Below are positions 8,812-19,422 of a stretch of 64,000 bases of DNA, in pieces. The position numbers and the translations under genes were made by a program. Below the pieces are notes generated by a model. It was not told the DNA's origin. It saw only the letters and a program-made list of their open reading frames with translations, and made no database searches. The stretch lies in the NCBI GenBank assembly GCA_963779615.1, contig CAVZZA010000005.1, forward strand, positions 288,001-352,000, read 5' to 3'. The number at the start of each line of letters is the position of its first letter. Positions within the stretch are counted from its first letter, which is position 1. Source of the stretch: an uncultured Nitrososphaeraceae archaeon (GTDB taxonomy: Archaea > Thermoproteota > Nitrososphaeria > Nitrososphaerales > Nitrososphaeraceae).

Positions 8812-10929
8812 TTACATCAATAATAGCATAGCTATTACTATAATACCTGCGGAAAACACATACAAATATGTTTGTATATTTCCAGTCTGCGGCACCTTTA
8901 CTACTTTTGACATAAAAATCATTGAATACTGTATTGCAGGGTTTATTCCATTCATAAACATACCCTCAAAATACTTATAGATACGTCTATAGACTGCTAG
9001 TGGAATTACCGCTCCAATCCAATATGAAAGTGCATTGACATACCATCTATTATACAAAAACTGCCATAGGGCTCTTGAAACAACGTTTTCCTTAATCCGT
9101 TCAGGGTTGGCCTTTCGTTGTATATAAAATACATACCCCAGAAATCCCCCTATTCCAAATGCACCCACCGAGCTCAGAGCAGCTACAGGATTCAAATTCA
9201 AAAACTCCCCGCTTTTTTCTTCAGGAATTTTAGACGTGTCCGTTGTAGCAGAAGATTGAGAGTTTGAAGAAGGGGAAGATGATTGAATTGTCCCTCCTTC
9301 AACTATACCGAATGTATTTGAAAGATAATACGCAAACAAACTGTGAATTTGCGACTCAAATGCAAAACCTACAACACCTATTGCGATAGAAGATACTGCC
9401 AGTATAGCAAATGGCATCCACATGATTTTGTTTACTTCATGTATGTGCTTGCCATTCGCCTCGCGTTCAGTTATATTTTTGCTAGGTTTGCCAAAAAATG
9501 TCAGCCCAACCATCCTAAAAGTGTAAAATGCTGTCATAATGGCCACTGCAACAGCTATTGTAAATAGGTATGGTGATAGTGTATAACCAGATTCTAGCAA
9601 TGAAGCGAATATAGCGTCTTTACTCCAGAAACCTGATGTTATCAGAGGCGCACTAGCCAGGGATAAACTAGCCAATAACATGAAAACATAGGTTTTTTTC
9701 ATGTTTTTTCTCAGTCCCCCCATGTCATACATAAACCTGGAACCTACTGTATGGAGTATAGCACCAGCTGCCATAAACAATGATGCCTTAAACAAAGCGT
9801 GACTAATCATGTGAAAGAATCCAGAAGTGTATCCATCAACAAAATTGGTTGATAAACCAGCAATTCCAAGACCCATCATCATATAACCTATTTGTGAGCC
9901 TGTAGAATAAGCCAAGACTTTTTTTATTTCAGGGTTAACCAATGCCTGTGTTGCTAAAAGAAATGCGGTAATCGCACCCACCCAGGCCACAATTTCAAAA
10001 AATTGTGACATATTAAATACTGACAGGGCAAAGAAAAGTGGCCCAATCCTCGCTACAAGGAAAACACCGGCCTTTACCATTGTTGCAGCATGGATAAGCG
10101 CAGATACAGAAGTTGGGCCGGTCATGGCCTCTAGTAACCACTCCTGTAGAGGGAATTGGGCGGATTTCCCTATTGCTCCCCCAAACAGTAAAACTGCTGC
10201 AGGGATCAAAAGATGTTGTTTCGTCATTTCTTGGGCCCAGCTCTGGTCTGAAAGCAACTCTTTAAACCCAAATGTGCCAGCATATGCAAAAATCAAAAAC
10301 ATTCCCGAAAGCATCATGATATCCCCGACACGGTTAAACACAAAGGCCTTTATACCCGCGTGTGTCGGCGATGTCCACATTGGGATTCCCCAGACCGCAT
10401 GGCCCTCCTTTCCCACGTAATCTTTCTTTCTGTCCGTATACCAAAATCCTATTAACGCATAGGAAGCCAGCCCTACACCTTCCCATCCAAAAAAGACCAT
10501 TAAAAGGTTATCGGACAGCACAATTAGCTGCATTGATCCGATAAAGAATAGCATAAAAAACCAATACCGGGTAATGCCTTTTTCTCCATGCATGTATGAG
10601 ATGGAATACACAAAGATTGATGCCGATATCCAGGCCACCAAATTGCTCATTACAATACCAAGGGGATCGGCCAATACGCCTGCGTTTAAATCCAATGCAG
10701 ACAGCCAAGGAATTTGGCTGTGAATTTCATTGCCCGCAAGACCTATGGGCAGTATACTTAATGCCAAGAAGGCACTCAAAATGGAAAACCCTACCGCGAC
10801 ATAACTTTTTATGCGTTCGCTTTTATTTTTTAAAGCAGGAATCAATGCTGCGCCTATAAATGGAATCATCCAAATTAACCATGCATTGACACCCATTCCT
10901 ACAAATCCGATTGTTTGTGTTTCAACCAT
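8812..10929 (-). CDS. nuoL: NADH-quinone oxidoreductase subunit L
   Basis: FFGWEGVG, GKSAQFPL, MTGPTSVSALIHAATMVKAG, HALFKASLF. Confidence 0.95.
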   Translation of the reverse strand: MVETQTIGFVGMGVNAWLIWMIPFIGAALIPALKNKSERIKSYVAVGFSILSAFLALSILPIGLAGNEIHSQIPWLSALDLNAGVLADPLGIVMSNLVAWISASIFVYSISYMHGEKGITRYWFFMLFFIGSMQLIVLSDNLLMVFFGWEGVGLASYALIGFWYTDRKKDYVGKEGHAVWGIPMWTSPTHAGIKAFVFNRVGDIMMLSGMFLIFAYAGTFGFKELLSDQSWAQEMTKQHLLIPAAVLLFGGAIGKSAQFPLQEWLLEAMTGPTSVSALIHAATMVKAGVFLVARIGPLFFALSVFNMSQFFEIVAWVGAITAFLLATQALVNPEIKKVLAYSTGSQIGYMMMGLGIAGLSTNFVDGYTSGFFHMISHALFKASLFMAAGAILHTVGSRFMYDMGGLRKNMKKTYVFMLLASLSLASAPLITSGFWSKDAIFASLLESGYTLSPYLFTIAVAVAIMTAFYTFRMVGLTFFGKPSKNITEREANGKHIHEVNKIMWMPFAILAVSSIAIGVVGFAFESQIHSLFAYYLSNTFGIVEGGTIQSSSPSSNSQSSATTDTSKIPEEKSGEFLNLNPVAALSSVGAFGIGGFLGYVFYIQRKANPERIKENVVSRALWQFLYNRWYVNALSYWIGAVIPLAVYRRIYKYFEGMFMNGINPAIQYSMIFMSKVVKVPQTGNIQTYLYVFSAGIIVIAMLLLM

Positions 10930-10942
10930 TTTTTTTCAAATC

Positions 10943-12733
10943 CTACATAAAGACAGTGTATTGTAAAAGAGGTTTATGAATTGTGTCCGTCATTTTCGGC
11001 AAATAACCGTTTTCTTCAAGGTTTTTAGTATACCCTCCCTTAGTTTGTTCCGAAACTTTTGTTTCCAGTGTGGATGCTTTGTGGGGTATTTGTACGACCT
11101 CAGTAGAATTGCTATACAGGTCTTCAACATAATTTATTATTGGTTTATAAAATAAATCTGGATAAACACCCAAGACCAGAGTGAAAGCAGCTATAACCCC
11201 CATTGTAACTATTACATATCTACTCGATTCCCGTACATTTTTTAATGTTTCTGGGACTGTGCCATAAAATATTCGTTTATACATCCATAAAATATAGCCT
11301 GAGGTTAAAGCAGTAGTTAACATAGCTATTGTAAAAGTAACTAGTTTTAAATAATCCCAATTACTGACAGCATCCTGAAGAGAACCATTAAACAATACCC
11401 ACTCAGCCATAAATCCACTGGTTATAGGGACCCCCATTATGGTTAGTGCGCCAATCATTGTAAGCACTGCGGTATATGGCATTTTACCACCCAGTCCTCC
11501 CAAGTTATTCATATTTCTTGTGCCAGTTTGCAAAATTACAGAACCAGCCATCATGAACAATAATGCTTTTCCCAGGCCATGAGAAACATATAGCATTATT
11601 GCACCACTTATTCCTAAAACGCTTTCGGAACCGATCCCAAACATGATATAACCCATAGAGCTGATGCTTGAATACGCCAAAACTTTCTTGATATCATTTT
11701 GCATTAGAGCCATTGCACCTCCAAATACCATTGTTGCAACTCCCCAAATGTCTAAATAAATACCGTAACCGGCATAATTTCCTGATAGTAACTCCAACCA
11801 TATTCTGATGATGCCATATGCGCCTATCCCCGTCATTGCAGAAGAGATTATTACAGAGATTGGTGTAGGTGCCTGTGTATAAGTTTCAGGCAACCAAGCG
11901 TGCATGAACAACGACCCAAGTTTTATACCAAAACCTATAACAATTGAAAAAAGTATCAAGGGAATCCAATTAGGAGGTATTTGATTATAATGAGATTTTA
12001 CGGTATCATAGTCAAAGCCACCTGAAAAGAATCCCATAGATAACAAACCTAAAAGTAAAACAAGAGCCCCCACAGCAGACCAGAACAAGAAAATAAATGA
12101 AACCCTTTTCCTGTTACCATAACCAAAAAAGGCAATAAGAAAGAAAGAAGGAACTAGCATTAGTTCAAAAAACACGTAAAACTCAATTAAATTAGTAGCA
12201 AGAACTGTACCTAACATCCCCATTGAGAATGCCAGGTATAGAGCAAAGTAAATCCCCATTTGACCATTCAAATAGGATTTTTGATGTTCCGACAGAACCA
12301 ATGTAGAAACATTTCCATTATCATTCTCACCGGTTTTGGGACCTTCATCTTCAACGGATCCTAATTTTGAATTGATGCCAGATTTAATATTTTCCTGTTC
12401 ATGTAGAATTTTACGCACCATATATGGCTTTGAATAAAGTGCCACCACAGTAGATAAAATGTATATTGTTAAAGCAAAAGGAATACTCAATCCATCAATC
12501 TTAAGCCCAAAATGACCCAATTGACTCCATGAGTAAATTTCTTGATATGCACTACCAGAAGTTAGGCCTAACGAGGGAATGATCACAAGGATAGTTGCTA
12601 GTGCCAAAATTCCAAAAGAAAACCACGTTACAACATTTATTCCTTTGTGTTTACCTAAAAAATATGCTACTGGAGAAAATATCAAGGGCAAAAATGTTGC
12701 CGCCATTAGATAATATGAAGATGAATCTGCCAT
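10943..12733 (-). CDS. nuoM: NADH-quinone oxidoreductase subunit M
   Basis: FYVFFELMLVP, HAWLPE, DIKKVLAYSS, SGFMAE. Confidence 0.93.
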   Translation of the reverse strand: MADSSSYYLMAATFLPLIFSPVAYFLGKHKGINVVTWFSFGILALATILVIIPSLGLTSGSAYQEIYSWSQLGHFGLKIDGLSIPFALTIYILSTVVALYSKPYMVRKILHEQENIKSGINSKLGSVEDEGPKTGENDNGNVSTLVLSEHQKSYLNGQMGIYFALYLAFSMGMLGTVLATNLIEFYVFFELMLVPSFFLIAFFGYGNRKRVSFIFLFWSAVGALVLLLGLLSMGFFSGGFDYDTVKSHYNQIPPNWIPLILFSIVIGFGIKLGSLFMHAWLPETYTQAPTPISVIISSAMTGIGAYGIIRIWLELLSGNYAGYGIYLDIWGVATMVFGGAMALMQNDIKKVLAYSSISSMGYIMFGIGSESVLGISGAIMLYVSHGLGKALLFMMAGSVILQTGTRNMNNLGGLGGKMPYTAVLTMIGALTIMGVPITSGFMAEWVLFNGSLQDAVSNWDYLKLVTFTIAMLTTALTSGYILWMYKRIFYGTVPETLKNVRESSRYVIVTMGVIAAFTLVLGVYPDLFYKPIINYVEDLYSNSTEVVQIPHKASTLETKVSEQTKGGYTKNLEENGYLPKMTDTIHKPLLQYTVFM

Positions 12734-12844
12734 CTACAATCTCGTACTCCCAATACCCCTACCAAAACGACATGAACTCCTTTTATATATTATACGTTTA
12801 AAATCATCTGTAAAATAAAAGATAAAAAAAAAGATAAAAAAAAA

Positions 12845-13147
12845 CTAATTTTTAAGATTTCTATATGCCGTTATATCTATATCTTTATAAAACCTATAGG
12901 CAATTATTATAATTCCTAGGCCGACGGCGACTTCTGCAGCAGAAATAGCGATTGCAAAAAGAACAAATATCTGACCTTGAGGGTTAGATACCATAGTAGA
13001 AAAAGCTACAAGAATAAGATTTACAGCATTAGCAATTAATTCAATCGAAAAAATTAATCTTAGAGCATTCCTTTTGACAACTAATCCGTAAATTCCGATT
13101 GATATCAAAATAACAGCTATAATTAAAAAATCACTAGGCTGATTCAT
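12845..13147 (-). CDS. nuoK: NADH-quinone oxidoreductase subunit K
   Basis: SIELIANA, AISAAEVAVGLG; 100 aa. Confidence 0.93.
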   Translation of the reverse strand: MNQPSDFLIIAVILISIGIYGLVVKRNALRLIFSIELIANAVNLILVAFSTMVSNPQGQIFVLFAIAISAAEVAVGLGIIIIAYRFYKDIDITAYRNLKN

Positions 13148-13652
13148 TTCTTTCCTCTATATCCTCCCTTCTGGCAAGCGCTAACGCACCTATAATGGAT
13201 CCCGCTAAAGTCAAAGCCAACACGATTAATACCGGTGAATAATAAGTTAATAACTCTTTCCCTATTTCTTTTATATCTACAATGTTAGCGGCATTACCAA
13301 AGCTAAGTTGCGTTATGACAGAATTTTCAATTAATGTGCCAAACAACACAAGAAAACCCAAACTAAGAAGGATTCCAGTAATTTTTTTTCTTACTGTTTC
13401 TCTTTTTGTTACGGTATTTGGAGACCTAACCAACATCACGGTAAAAATAATTAAAACTGCGACAGCCCCTACATACACAGCTATTTGAAACATTGCTACA
13501 AAAGGGGCATCCAATATGATAAAATACCCTGCAATACCCAACATAGAAACTGCTAAAGCAATCCCGCCATACAAAATCTCCCGGCTTTCCAATGTAATAA
13601 TAGCAGAACCAACTGTTAGTATAGATAAACCTACAAAAACGCCATCAACCAT
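13134..13652 (-). CDS. nuoJ: NADH-quinone oxidoreductase subunit J
   Basis: QIAVYVGAVAVL motif, hydrophobic; ATG at 13652 overlaps the nuoI end. Confidence 0.92.
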   Translation of the reverse strand: MVDGVFVGLSILTVGSAIITLESREILYGGIALAVSMLGIAGYFIILDAPFVAMFQIAVYVGAVAVLIIFTVMLVRSPNTVTKRETVRKKITGILLSLGFLVLFGTLIENSVITQLSFGNAANIVDIKEIGKELLTYYSPVLIVLALTLAGSIIGALALARREDIEERNESA

Positions 13653-14142
13653 GACTTGCACCTCTTGAATCTATCTTTATTTCTACATCTCCATCATACT
13701 TTGGTTTAATGGCTAATTGAGAGGGAGTATAAATCAAATGAGTTTTTGTGTACGAAGACAACTCATAATCATTTGTCATATATAGAGCATAAAATGGACA
13801 AGCATCTACACACAAACCACAAAAAACACATTTTCCATAATCTATTTGGGGCATAATTGCTTTTTTATTTTGTTTCCAGTCTTCATCCACCTTTACCATA
13901 GAGATAGCCTCTGCAATTCCCTCACATGCGATAGAGCACAATTGACAACCAGTACATTTATCATGGAAAAGAATATGCCTGCCCCTTATTCCAGCTATTC
14001 CAACACCTTTTTTGGGGTCAAATTGATAACCATCACCAACAAATTTTAGTTTTTGTTCAGGATAGCGTAATGTGAATCTCTTTATAAATAGATGCTTTGT
14101 TCCCGACTCTAACGCTTTAATAAAACCACTAGCTGTATTCAT
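13645..14142 (-). CDS. nuoI: NADH-quinone oxidoreductase subunit I
   Basis: Two CxxCxxCxxxC [4Fe-4S] motifs, TLRYPE. Confidence 0.95.
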   Translation of the reverse strand: MNTASGFIKALESGTKHLFIKRFTLRYPEQKLKFVGDGYQFDPKKGVGIAGIRGRHILFHDKCTGCQLCSIACEGIAEAISMVKVDEDWKQNKKAIMPQIDYGKCVFCGLCVDACPFYALYMTNDYELSSYTKTHLIYTPSQLAIKPKYDGDVEIKIDSRGASHG

Positions 14143-15440
14143 TTTGACGATATTACTCCTCCAGGTCCCAATATACCACTATAGATCAATGTTAGAATGA
14201 TAAAGAGATTTATGAATGTTAAAACTATCAATTTATACCAACCTGTATGTAACAATATGTCAATTCTGATTCTTGGATTTATACCTCTTGTAATCAACAT
14301 TAATAAAATGATCACAAAGGTTTTTGTCGTAAACCAGAAAATGCTATTGACTGTAATTGGATTGTAAAGACCATCCAAGGCAAATATTTTTAATAACGGT
14401 ATGTTTGAAGCGGATGCACCTGGAATTAGTTCTGGTGGAAATATCTGCGGCCCGTACCAACCACCTAAAAATAATATTACAAACAAACCGCATAGTGCAT
14501 ACAACTTTAAGTAGCTTCCCAATTGAATCAAGCCAAAAATCATCCCAGATGTTTCAGTCAACCAGCCTGCAACAATTTCACTTTCAGCCTCAGGAAGATC
14601 AAATGGGATACGCTCCAACTCAGCTAGCGATGAAATATAGAAAACAAATGCATTTATTGGCATAACAAAGATGTACCAAAAAAGATTTTGGGATCTGGCT
14701 ATATCCGATAAATTCAATGACCCAGATAAAATCACTACAGGTAAAGCAGACAGGAAAAACGGAATCTCAAACGCAATCATTTGATGAAGAGCACGTAAAC
14801 CGCCAAGGAATGGATATTTACTATTGCTAGCCCATGAAAATAGCAGGGTTATCAGTGGAAAGAACCCAAATATAGCAAATGCAGCAATCAAACCTACATT
14901 TACATCAGCAACAACCCAGCCTGATGCTACTGGAATTAGCGAAACCACAGCTGCAGAAGTAGATATGAACATTATAGGAGCCAACCAAAATATTGGCTTA
15001 TCAGCACCTGAAGGAACGATGATTTCTTTGGCGATAAGCTTTAAGCCATCTGCAAGTAATTGAAAAATTCCCTCGATTTTACCAGCATATAATGGCCCTA
15101 TACGTAACTGCATTTTAGCCAACAATTTACGTTCAACATAAATTGTCAATGCTGCAATCAATGCTGCAAAAGCAAACCCAGGGAAAACAGCAGCCCTAAA
15201 CAAATCCGTATGCACCAAAAATTGAACTATTGGAAGTGTCCTCGCGGGATCTACTACCATAGAGAAAAACAGATAAGGTGTTAATACTTGTCCATCAATA
15301 ACAGGTAAAGGAACGAAAAATAAGGAAAAAAAGATTATTGGAAGTATCAGTAAAGTTACAAGAGATAAAATCACCAATACTAGCTGTATTACGCTGCCAA
15401 CAAAATTTCCAAATCTAAAATCAGGGGTTATCGAACCCAT
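14139..15440 (-). CDS. nuoH: NADH-quinone oxidoreductase subunit H
   Basis: ERKLLAKMQLRIGP, ADGLKL, RIPFDLPEAESE. Confidence 0.95.
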   Translation of the reverse strand: MGSITPDFRFGNFVGSVIQLVLVILSLVTLLILPIIFFSLFFVPLPVIDGQVLTPYLFFSMVVDPARTLPIVQFLVHTDLFRAAVFPGFAFAALIAALTIYVERKLLAKMQLRIGPLYAGKIEGIFQLLADGLKLIAKEIIVPSGADKPIFWLAPIMFISTSAAVVSLIPVASGWVVADVNVGLIAAFAIFGFFPLITLLFSWASNSKYPFLGGLRALHQMIAFEIPFFLSALPVVILSGSLNLSDIARSQNLFWYIFVMPINAFVFYISSLAELERIPFDLPEAESEIVAGWLTETSGMIFGLIQLGSYLKLYALCGLFVILFLGGWYGPQIFPPELIPGASASNIPLLKIFALDGLYNPITVNSIFWFTTKTFVIILLMLITRGINPRIRIDILLHTGWYKLIVLTFINLFIILTLIYSGILGPGGVISSK

Positions 15441-16600
15441 TACCTATCTGCCTCCACAGGCCAATAATTCAAAGACCAATATATAGGTGGCATATCTCCC
15501 AATTTTGAGCCAACTAATAAAAATGGCAGGGCCAGAAGATTTCTAAACGAACCAACAGATATTTTTACTCTGTATGGCCTTGATGTTCCGTCGCTAACTA
15601 TGTGGTAACTTAACGCACCACGCCCGGATTCAATTCTTTTAAATGATTCTCCAGGAGATCCTTTCACATTACTCAGCAATTTCTCCCTCACATCACCTGA
15701 TTCTGGAATTTTATCTAAAAGCTGTCTAATAATATGACAAGATTCTCTCATATCTAAAAGGGGAACGTATGCCCTCGCAAAAGAATCACATGTTTTCATA
15801 TATTGAACATTAAAGTCAATTTCATCATAAACATCATATGGTTCAACCTTCCTAATATCATATGGCACACCTGATGCACGAAGAACAGAACCTGTTACAC
15901 CTAGCTTTATTGCATCCTCTTTCGATAAAATACCAACTCCTTCAGTTCTTTGTCTCAATAAGGGATTATTATAAAAAATATGCTCATATTCTTTAAGTCT
16001 TTTTTCAAAATAATTTACTTGAGTTAAACACTTTTCTTTAAAATTAATTGGCATGTCATTCCTAACCCCTCCCGGGATATTGAAAGCGTGAGTTACTCGA
16101 TGTCCTGTAAGACGTTCAAGCAAATCAATCAATAATTCTCTGTCACCTGCAGGCCACATGAACATAGTAGAGTGCCCAAGAAAAATCCCATAAATAGCTA
16201 ACCAATACAAAGTATAAACCAATCTATTTAGTTCCGACGCAATTGCTCGGATAAATTGTCCTCTTCTTGGAACAGTAATACCAATTAAATCTTCAACCGC
16301 AAGACTATAAGAATATGTTATATTGCAGGAATCATGGATTACTGGCCTTTCCAAATGAGGTATATTTTGGAAATAATTTCGATATTCGCACATCTTTTCA
16401 TGACCACGATGGACATAACCCGGATCTGGATCAGCATAAACAATATAATCACCATCTAATTTTATTACAAATCTAAAATGTCCAGACCCAGGATGCTGAG
16501 GCCCTACACTGAGGGTCATCAATCTGTCATCGTCATTATCTTTAACTATCTGAATGGACAGATCTTTAGCTTCATTGATTTTTTCTTCTAAACTAGACAT
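15440..16600 (-). CDS. nuoD: NADH-quinone oxidoreductase subunit D
   Basis: GPQHPGSG, GYVHRGHEK, ELNR, C-terminal EADR; no NiFe CxxC motifs. Confidence 0.95.
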   Translation of the reverse strand: MSSLEEKINEAKDLSIQIVKDNDDDRLMTLSVGPQHPGSGHFRFVIKLDGDYIVYADPDPGYVHRGHEKMCEYRNYFQNIPHLERPVIHDSCNITYSYSLAVEDLIGITVPRRGQFIRAIASELNRLVYTLYWLAIYGIFLGHSTMFMWPAGDRELLIDLLERLTGHRVTHAFNIPGGVRNDMPINFKEKCLTQVNYFEKRLKEYEHIFYNNPLLRQRTEGVGILSKEDAIKLGVTGSVLRASGVPYDIRKVEPYDVYDEIDFNVQYMKTCDSFARAYVPLLDMRESCHIIRQLLDKIPESGDVREKLLSNVKGSPGESFKRIESGRGALSYHIVSDGTSRPYRVKISVGSFRNLLALPFLLVGSKLGDMPPIYWSLNYWPVEADR

Positions 16601-16612
16601 ATACCTACCCTT

Positions 16613-17122
16613 TTATCTTCCCTTTATTCTAAATTCTTTTCGAAGCGGAGGAATGTCAGCCCAGTCCTCGGGTAACAAAAACCGCTCATTACGCGGATGG
16701 CCAATAAAATATACCCCCAACATCTCATAAGTTTCACGTTCATGATATTCCACACTAGGGAATATATTTATCAAACTATTCGTTTTTGGATCGTTTCTGT
16801 TAATTTTGGTTGACAAAATCAAAACATAAGGATACATATCGGGATTACTGTATGAACCTAAATGATAATTCATTTCAATTTCATCGTCTTTAGGATAATC
16901 TGTTCCACCTGCAGACTCCACATGATCAAAACCATGATTATCTCTTAAAAAAATAGCAGTTTCTACCATATGTTCAGAATTTACCATTATTTTTGAACGA
17001 TTGTGCTTATCATAGATTATTTTGACATTGGTACTAAATTTTTCAACTAATGAGTTTAATACATCATGAGATATCCTTATAGAATTTTGTTTAGCATTTA
17101 CTTTTGTTTTGCTACTTATCAC
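16613..17122 (-). CDS. nuoC: NADH-quinone oxidoreductase subunit C
   Basis: ERETYEMLGVYFIGHP, PPLRKEF. Confidence 0.93.
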   Translation of the reverse strand: MISSKTKVNAKQNSIRISHDVLNSLVEKFSTNVKIIYDKHNRSKIMVNSEHMVETAIFLRDNHGFDHVESAGGTDYPKDDEIEMNYHLGSYSNPDMYPYVLILSTKINRNDPKTNSLINIFPSVEYHERETYEMLGVYFIGHPRNERFLLPEDWADIPPLRKEFRIKGR

Positions 17123-17640
17123 TTTATCTTTGACCTTTTAATTTTTTCTTGTAATAAAAAGGTTCCCTGAATAAGGGTTTCGGGTCGTGGTGGACATCCG
17201 GGCACATAAACATCCACAGGAACAATCCCATCACAGCCAGGCAAAACATTATATGAATCAAGATAGAGTCCGCCAGTAATGGCACATGCACCCATTGCAA
17301 TAACATATTTGGGTTCAGGCATTTGATCATAAACCATACGAAGCCTCGGTGCCATTTTCCTAGTAACCGTGCCTTGAACAACGATTAAATCACACTGCCT
17401 TAATGAACCGAATGCCTCCAGAATACCAAACCTTTCCACATCGTATCTAGGGCTTGATGCTGCACCAAACTCTACACTGCAGCAAGCAGTTTCTAAATGA
17501 ACAGGCCATAATGACCACACACGACCCCAGTTAATTGCATAGCCTAGTGGCTCCTCTAAAGCATTAACAAGTATATCACTGAGCTTTGACACCATTATAT
17601 TAAAATTAGAAGGATTAGGATTGAGTAGTTCTTTTAACAT
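17119..17640 (-). CDS. nuoB: NADH-quinone oxidoreductase subunit B
   Basis: TACCSVE, MPEPKYVIAMGACA, YVPGCPPRPE. Confidence 0.96.
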   Translation of the reverse strand: MLKELLNPNPSNFNIMVSKLSDILVNALEEPLGYAINWGRVWSLWPVHLETACCSVEFGAASSPRYDVERFGILEAFGSLRQCDLIVVQGTVTRKMAPRLRMVYDQMPEPKYVIAMGACAITGGLYLDSYNVLPGCDGIVPVDVYVPGCPPRPETLIQGTFLLQEKIKRSKIK

Positions 17641-17698
17641 ACCACTACACTAGATTATATAATAACAAGTTTAGGTATTAAAATCTATTGGACACATG

Positions 17699-18073
17699 TT
17701 ACCAAATTCCCTTTCGTCCAGATAAAAATAATGCATACCCCATAGCGGTAAACATTATCCCAAGAAATCCAATCATGGGTAGTGTTGCCTCCCTAGGTAT
17801 GGAAAAAAAAGTTAAAGCCCAGGCATAGAGAAATATTGACATTACGTCAAAAACAACAAACATAAGGATATACGAGTAATACTGCATCATAAAGTGCGAT
17901 CTTCCTTCACCTGTAGGAATTTGACCGCATTCCATTGGAAGAAATTTAATGGGATTGTATCTCCTTCGTTGTGACAAAAGTCTTGAAAGGATAATAGATG
18001 GAACTCCCGCTAAGATCCCAAATCCAAACAGATATAAAATTGGAAGAAATTGTGAAGCCGTTTCCCCTGCCAA
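17699..18073 (-). CDS. nuoA: NADH-quinone oxidoreductase subunit A
   Basis: PMECG, FVVFDV; three TM helices; first gene of the operon. Confidence 0.93.
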   Translation of the reverse strand: MAGETASQFLPILYLFGFGILAGVPSIILSRLLSQRRRYNPIKFLPMECGQIPTGEGRSHFMMQYYSYILMFVVFDVMSIFLYAWALTFFSIPREATLPMIGFLGIMFTAMGYALFLSGRKGIW

Positions 18074-18125
18074 ATTGATTTTGCTTGACTACCAACTGTA
18101 TAAGAATCTTTTTTTTACAGTCAAG

Positions 18126-19328
18126 TTATTTACGAATGTTCAAGGCTAGCTCAAACAATTGCCTAGCTACCAGTTTTGGGTGATTTAGAGCTAATCTCAT
18201 CATCTTATAATATGAAAAATCTGATTTAATAAAATCCAAAAATTCATCAATGGTCAAATCTTTGATAATATCGATTTCTTTATCCCATTCCGGGTCAGAA
18301 AGAGCAAGCCATCTTGATTGAATCTTTAGTGCGGATTGAATTTTCTTTTCAAGTAGTTTCCTACAAGAGTATTCATAGGTTTTCAATGAATCTATTGTTG
18401 AATTTGATTGCAAAGAATTAGCACCGACCAATCCAGATAACTGTCCAAATTCAATCGCATAACGTATCCCTTCTAATACTAATGGATTCGCCTGACCCGC
18501 GGTATCACCTATCAACATTAATCCGTTATGAACAAAACTTTTCCGAAGCCCGTCATTAGGTATCACACCATAATGTACTTCAAGAGGTTGAATCCTTCCT
18601 AGTTTATTTAACGGATATAATTTATCCTCGACGATTTTATTTAATTTTATGAGAGGGTCAACAGTGGACTCTGGTCTGCCTATACCTACACCTATTCTCA
18701 CACGATTAGCAGACAGTGGAAAAATCCAGGCATATCCTGCATTAGAATATTTGCTACCAACCATCAAATACAAAGTTTCAGAGTTTATTTTATCACAATA
18801 ACATTCGTATTCTGCGCCGACTCCGTACCTATTCCATGAAGTAACATAACCTAATTTGCGAGATACAAAGCTACTAAAACCACTGGCATCAATTATCAAG
18901 GTTGCCTCTATTTCAATAATTCCATTTGGTGTTGAAACTCTCAGTCCATTAATTCGCCCTTCACTGTTTTTTTTTATATCAAAAACATTACTCTTTATAG
19001 ATAATTGTGTTCCTTCCGTAGCAGCTTTAGTTGCTAAAAATTGGTATGTTTTTTTTATATCAAGTACACATGCAGAATATTCTATGCCCGGTATATTTAT
19101 TTCATTGTTTGGAGAAATGAATGAGAAGTTTTTAATTGGATTAAAATATTCTTTAGGCACTCCATATTTTTCGATCTCTTTTATCCAACTAACACCACTA
19201 GTTCTCACATTATGGCCAAAAGATGGGTCTTTTTCAAAAAGTATAACTTTTGCACCTTTTTTAGACGCAGAATAGGCCGCAGAAAGTCCAGCTGGACCAC
19301 CACCCACTATAGCAATATCATATTTCAA
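18126..19328 (-). CDS. Geranylgeranyl reductase family (digeranylgeranylglycerophospholipid reductase-like)
   Basis: GGGPAG FAD site, IDASG, GYAWIFP, GDTAGQANPLVLEGI. Confidence 0.88.
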   Translation of the reverse strand: MKYDIAIVGGGPAGLSAAYSASKKGAKVILFEKDPSFGHNVRTSGVSWIKEIEKYGVPKEYFNPIKNFSFISPNNEINIPGIEYSACVLDIKKTYQFLATKAATEGTQLSIKSNVFDIKKNSEGRINGLRVSTPNGIIEIEATLIIDASGFSSFVSRKLGYVTSWNRYGVGAEYECYCDKINSETLYLMVGSKYSNAGYAWIFPLSANRVRIGVGIGRPESTVDPLIKLNKIVEDKLYPLNKLGRIQPLEVHYGVIPNDGLRKSFVHNGLMLIGDTAGQANPLVLEGIRYAIEFGQLSGLVGANSLQSNSTIDSLKTYEYSCRKLLEKKIQSALKIQSRWLALSDPEWDKEIDIIKDLTIDEFLDFIKSDFSYYKMMRLALNHPKLVARQLFELALNIRK

Positions 19329-19422
19329 TAAACCATTTGATCATTATTGCAAATGGGTTTATTATAGATTTATTTTTAGTTAAAGTTGTCTTTATGGTTA
19401 ATAGTTTACTGTAAAAAAACGA

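Noticed and set aside
15440-17640. Group 4 NiFe hydrogenase instead of complex I
   Set aside because: The large subunit lacks both CxxC Ni-binding motifs and the full nuoA/J/K/N set is present
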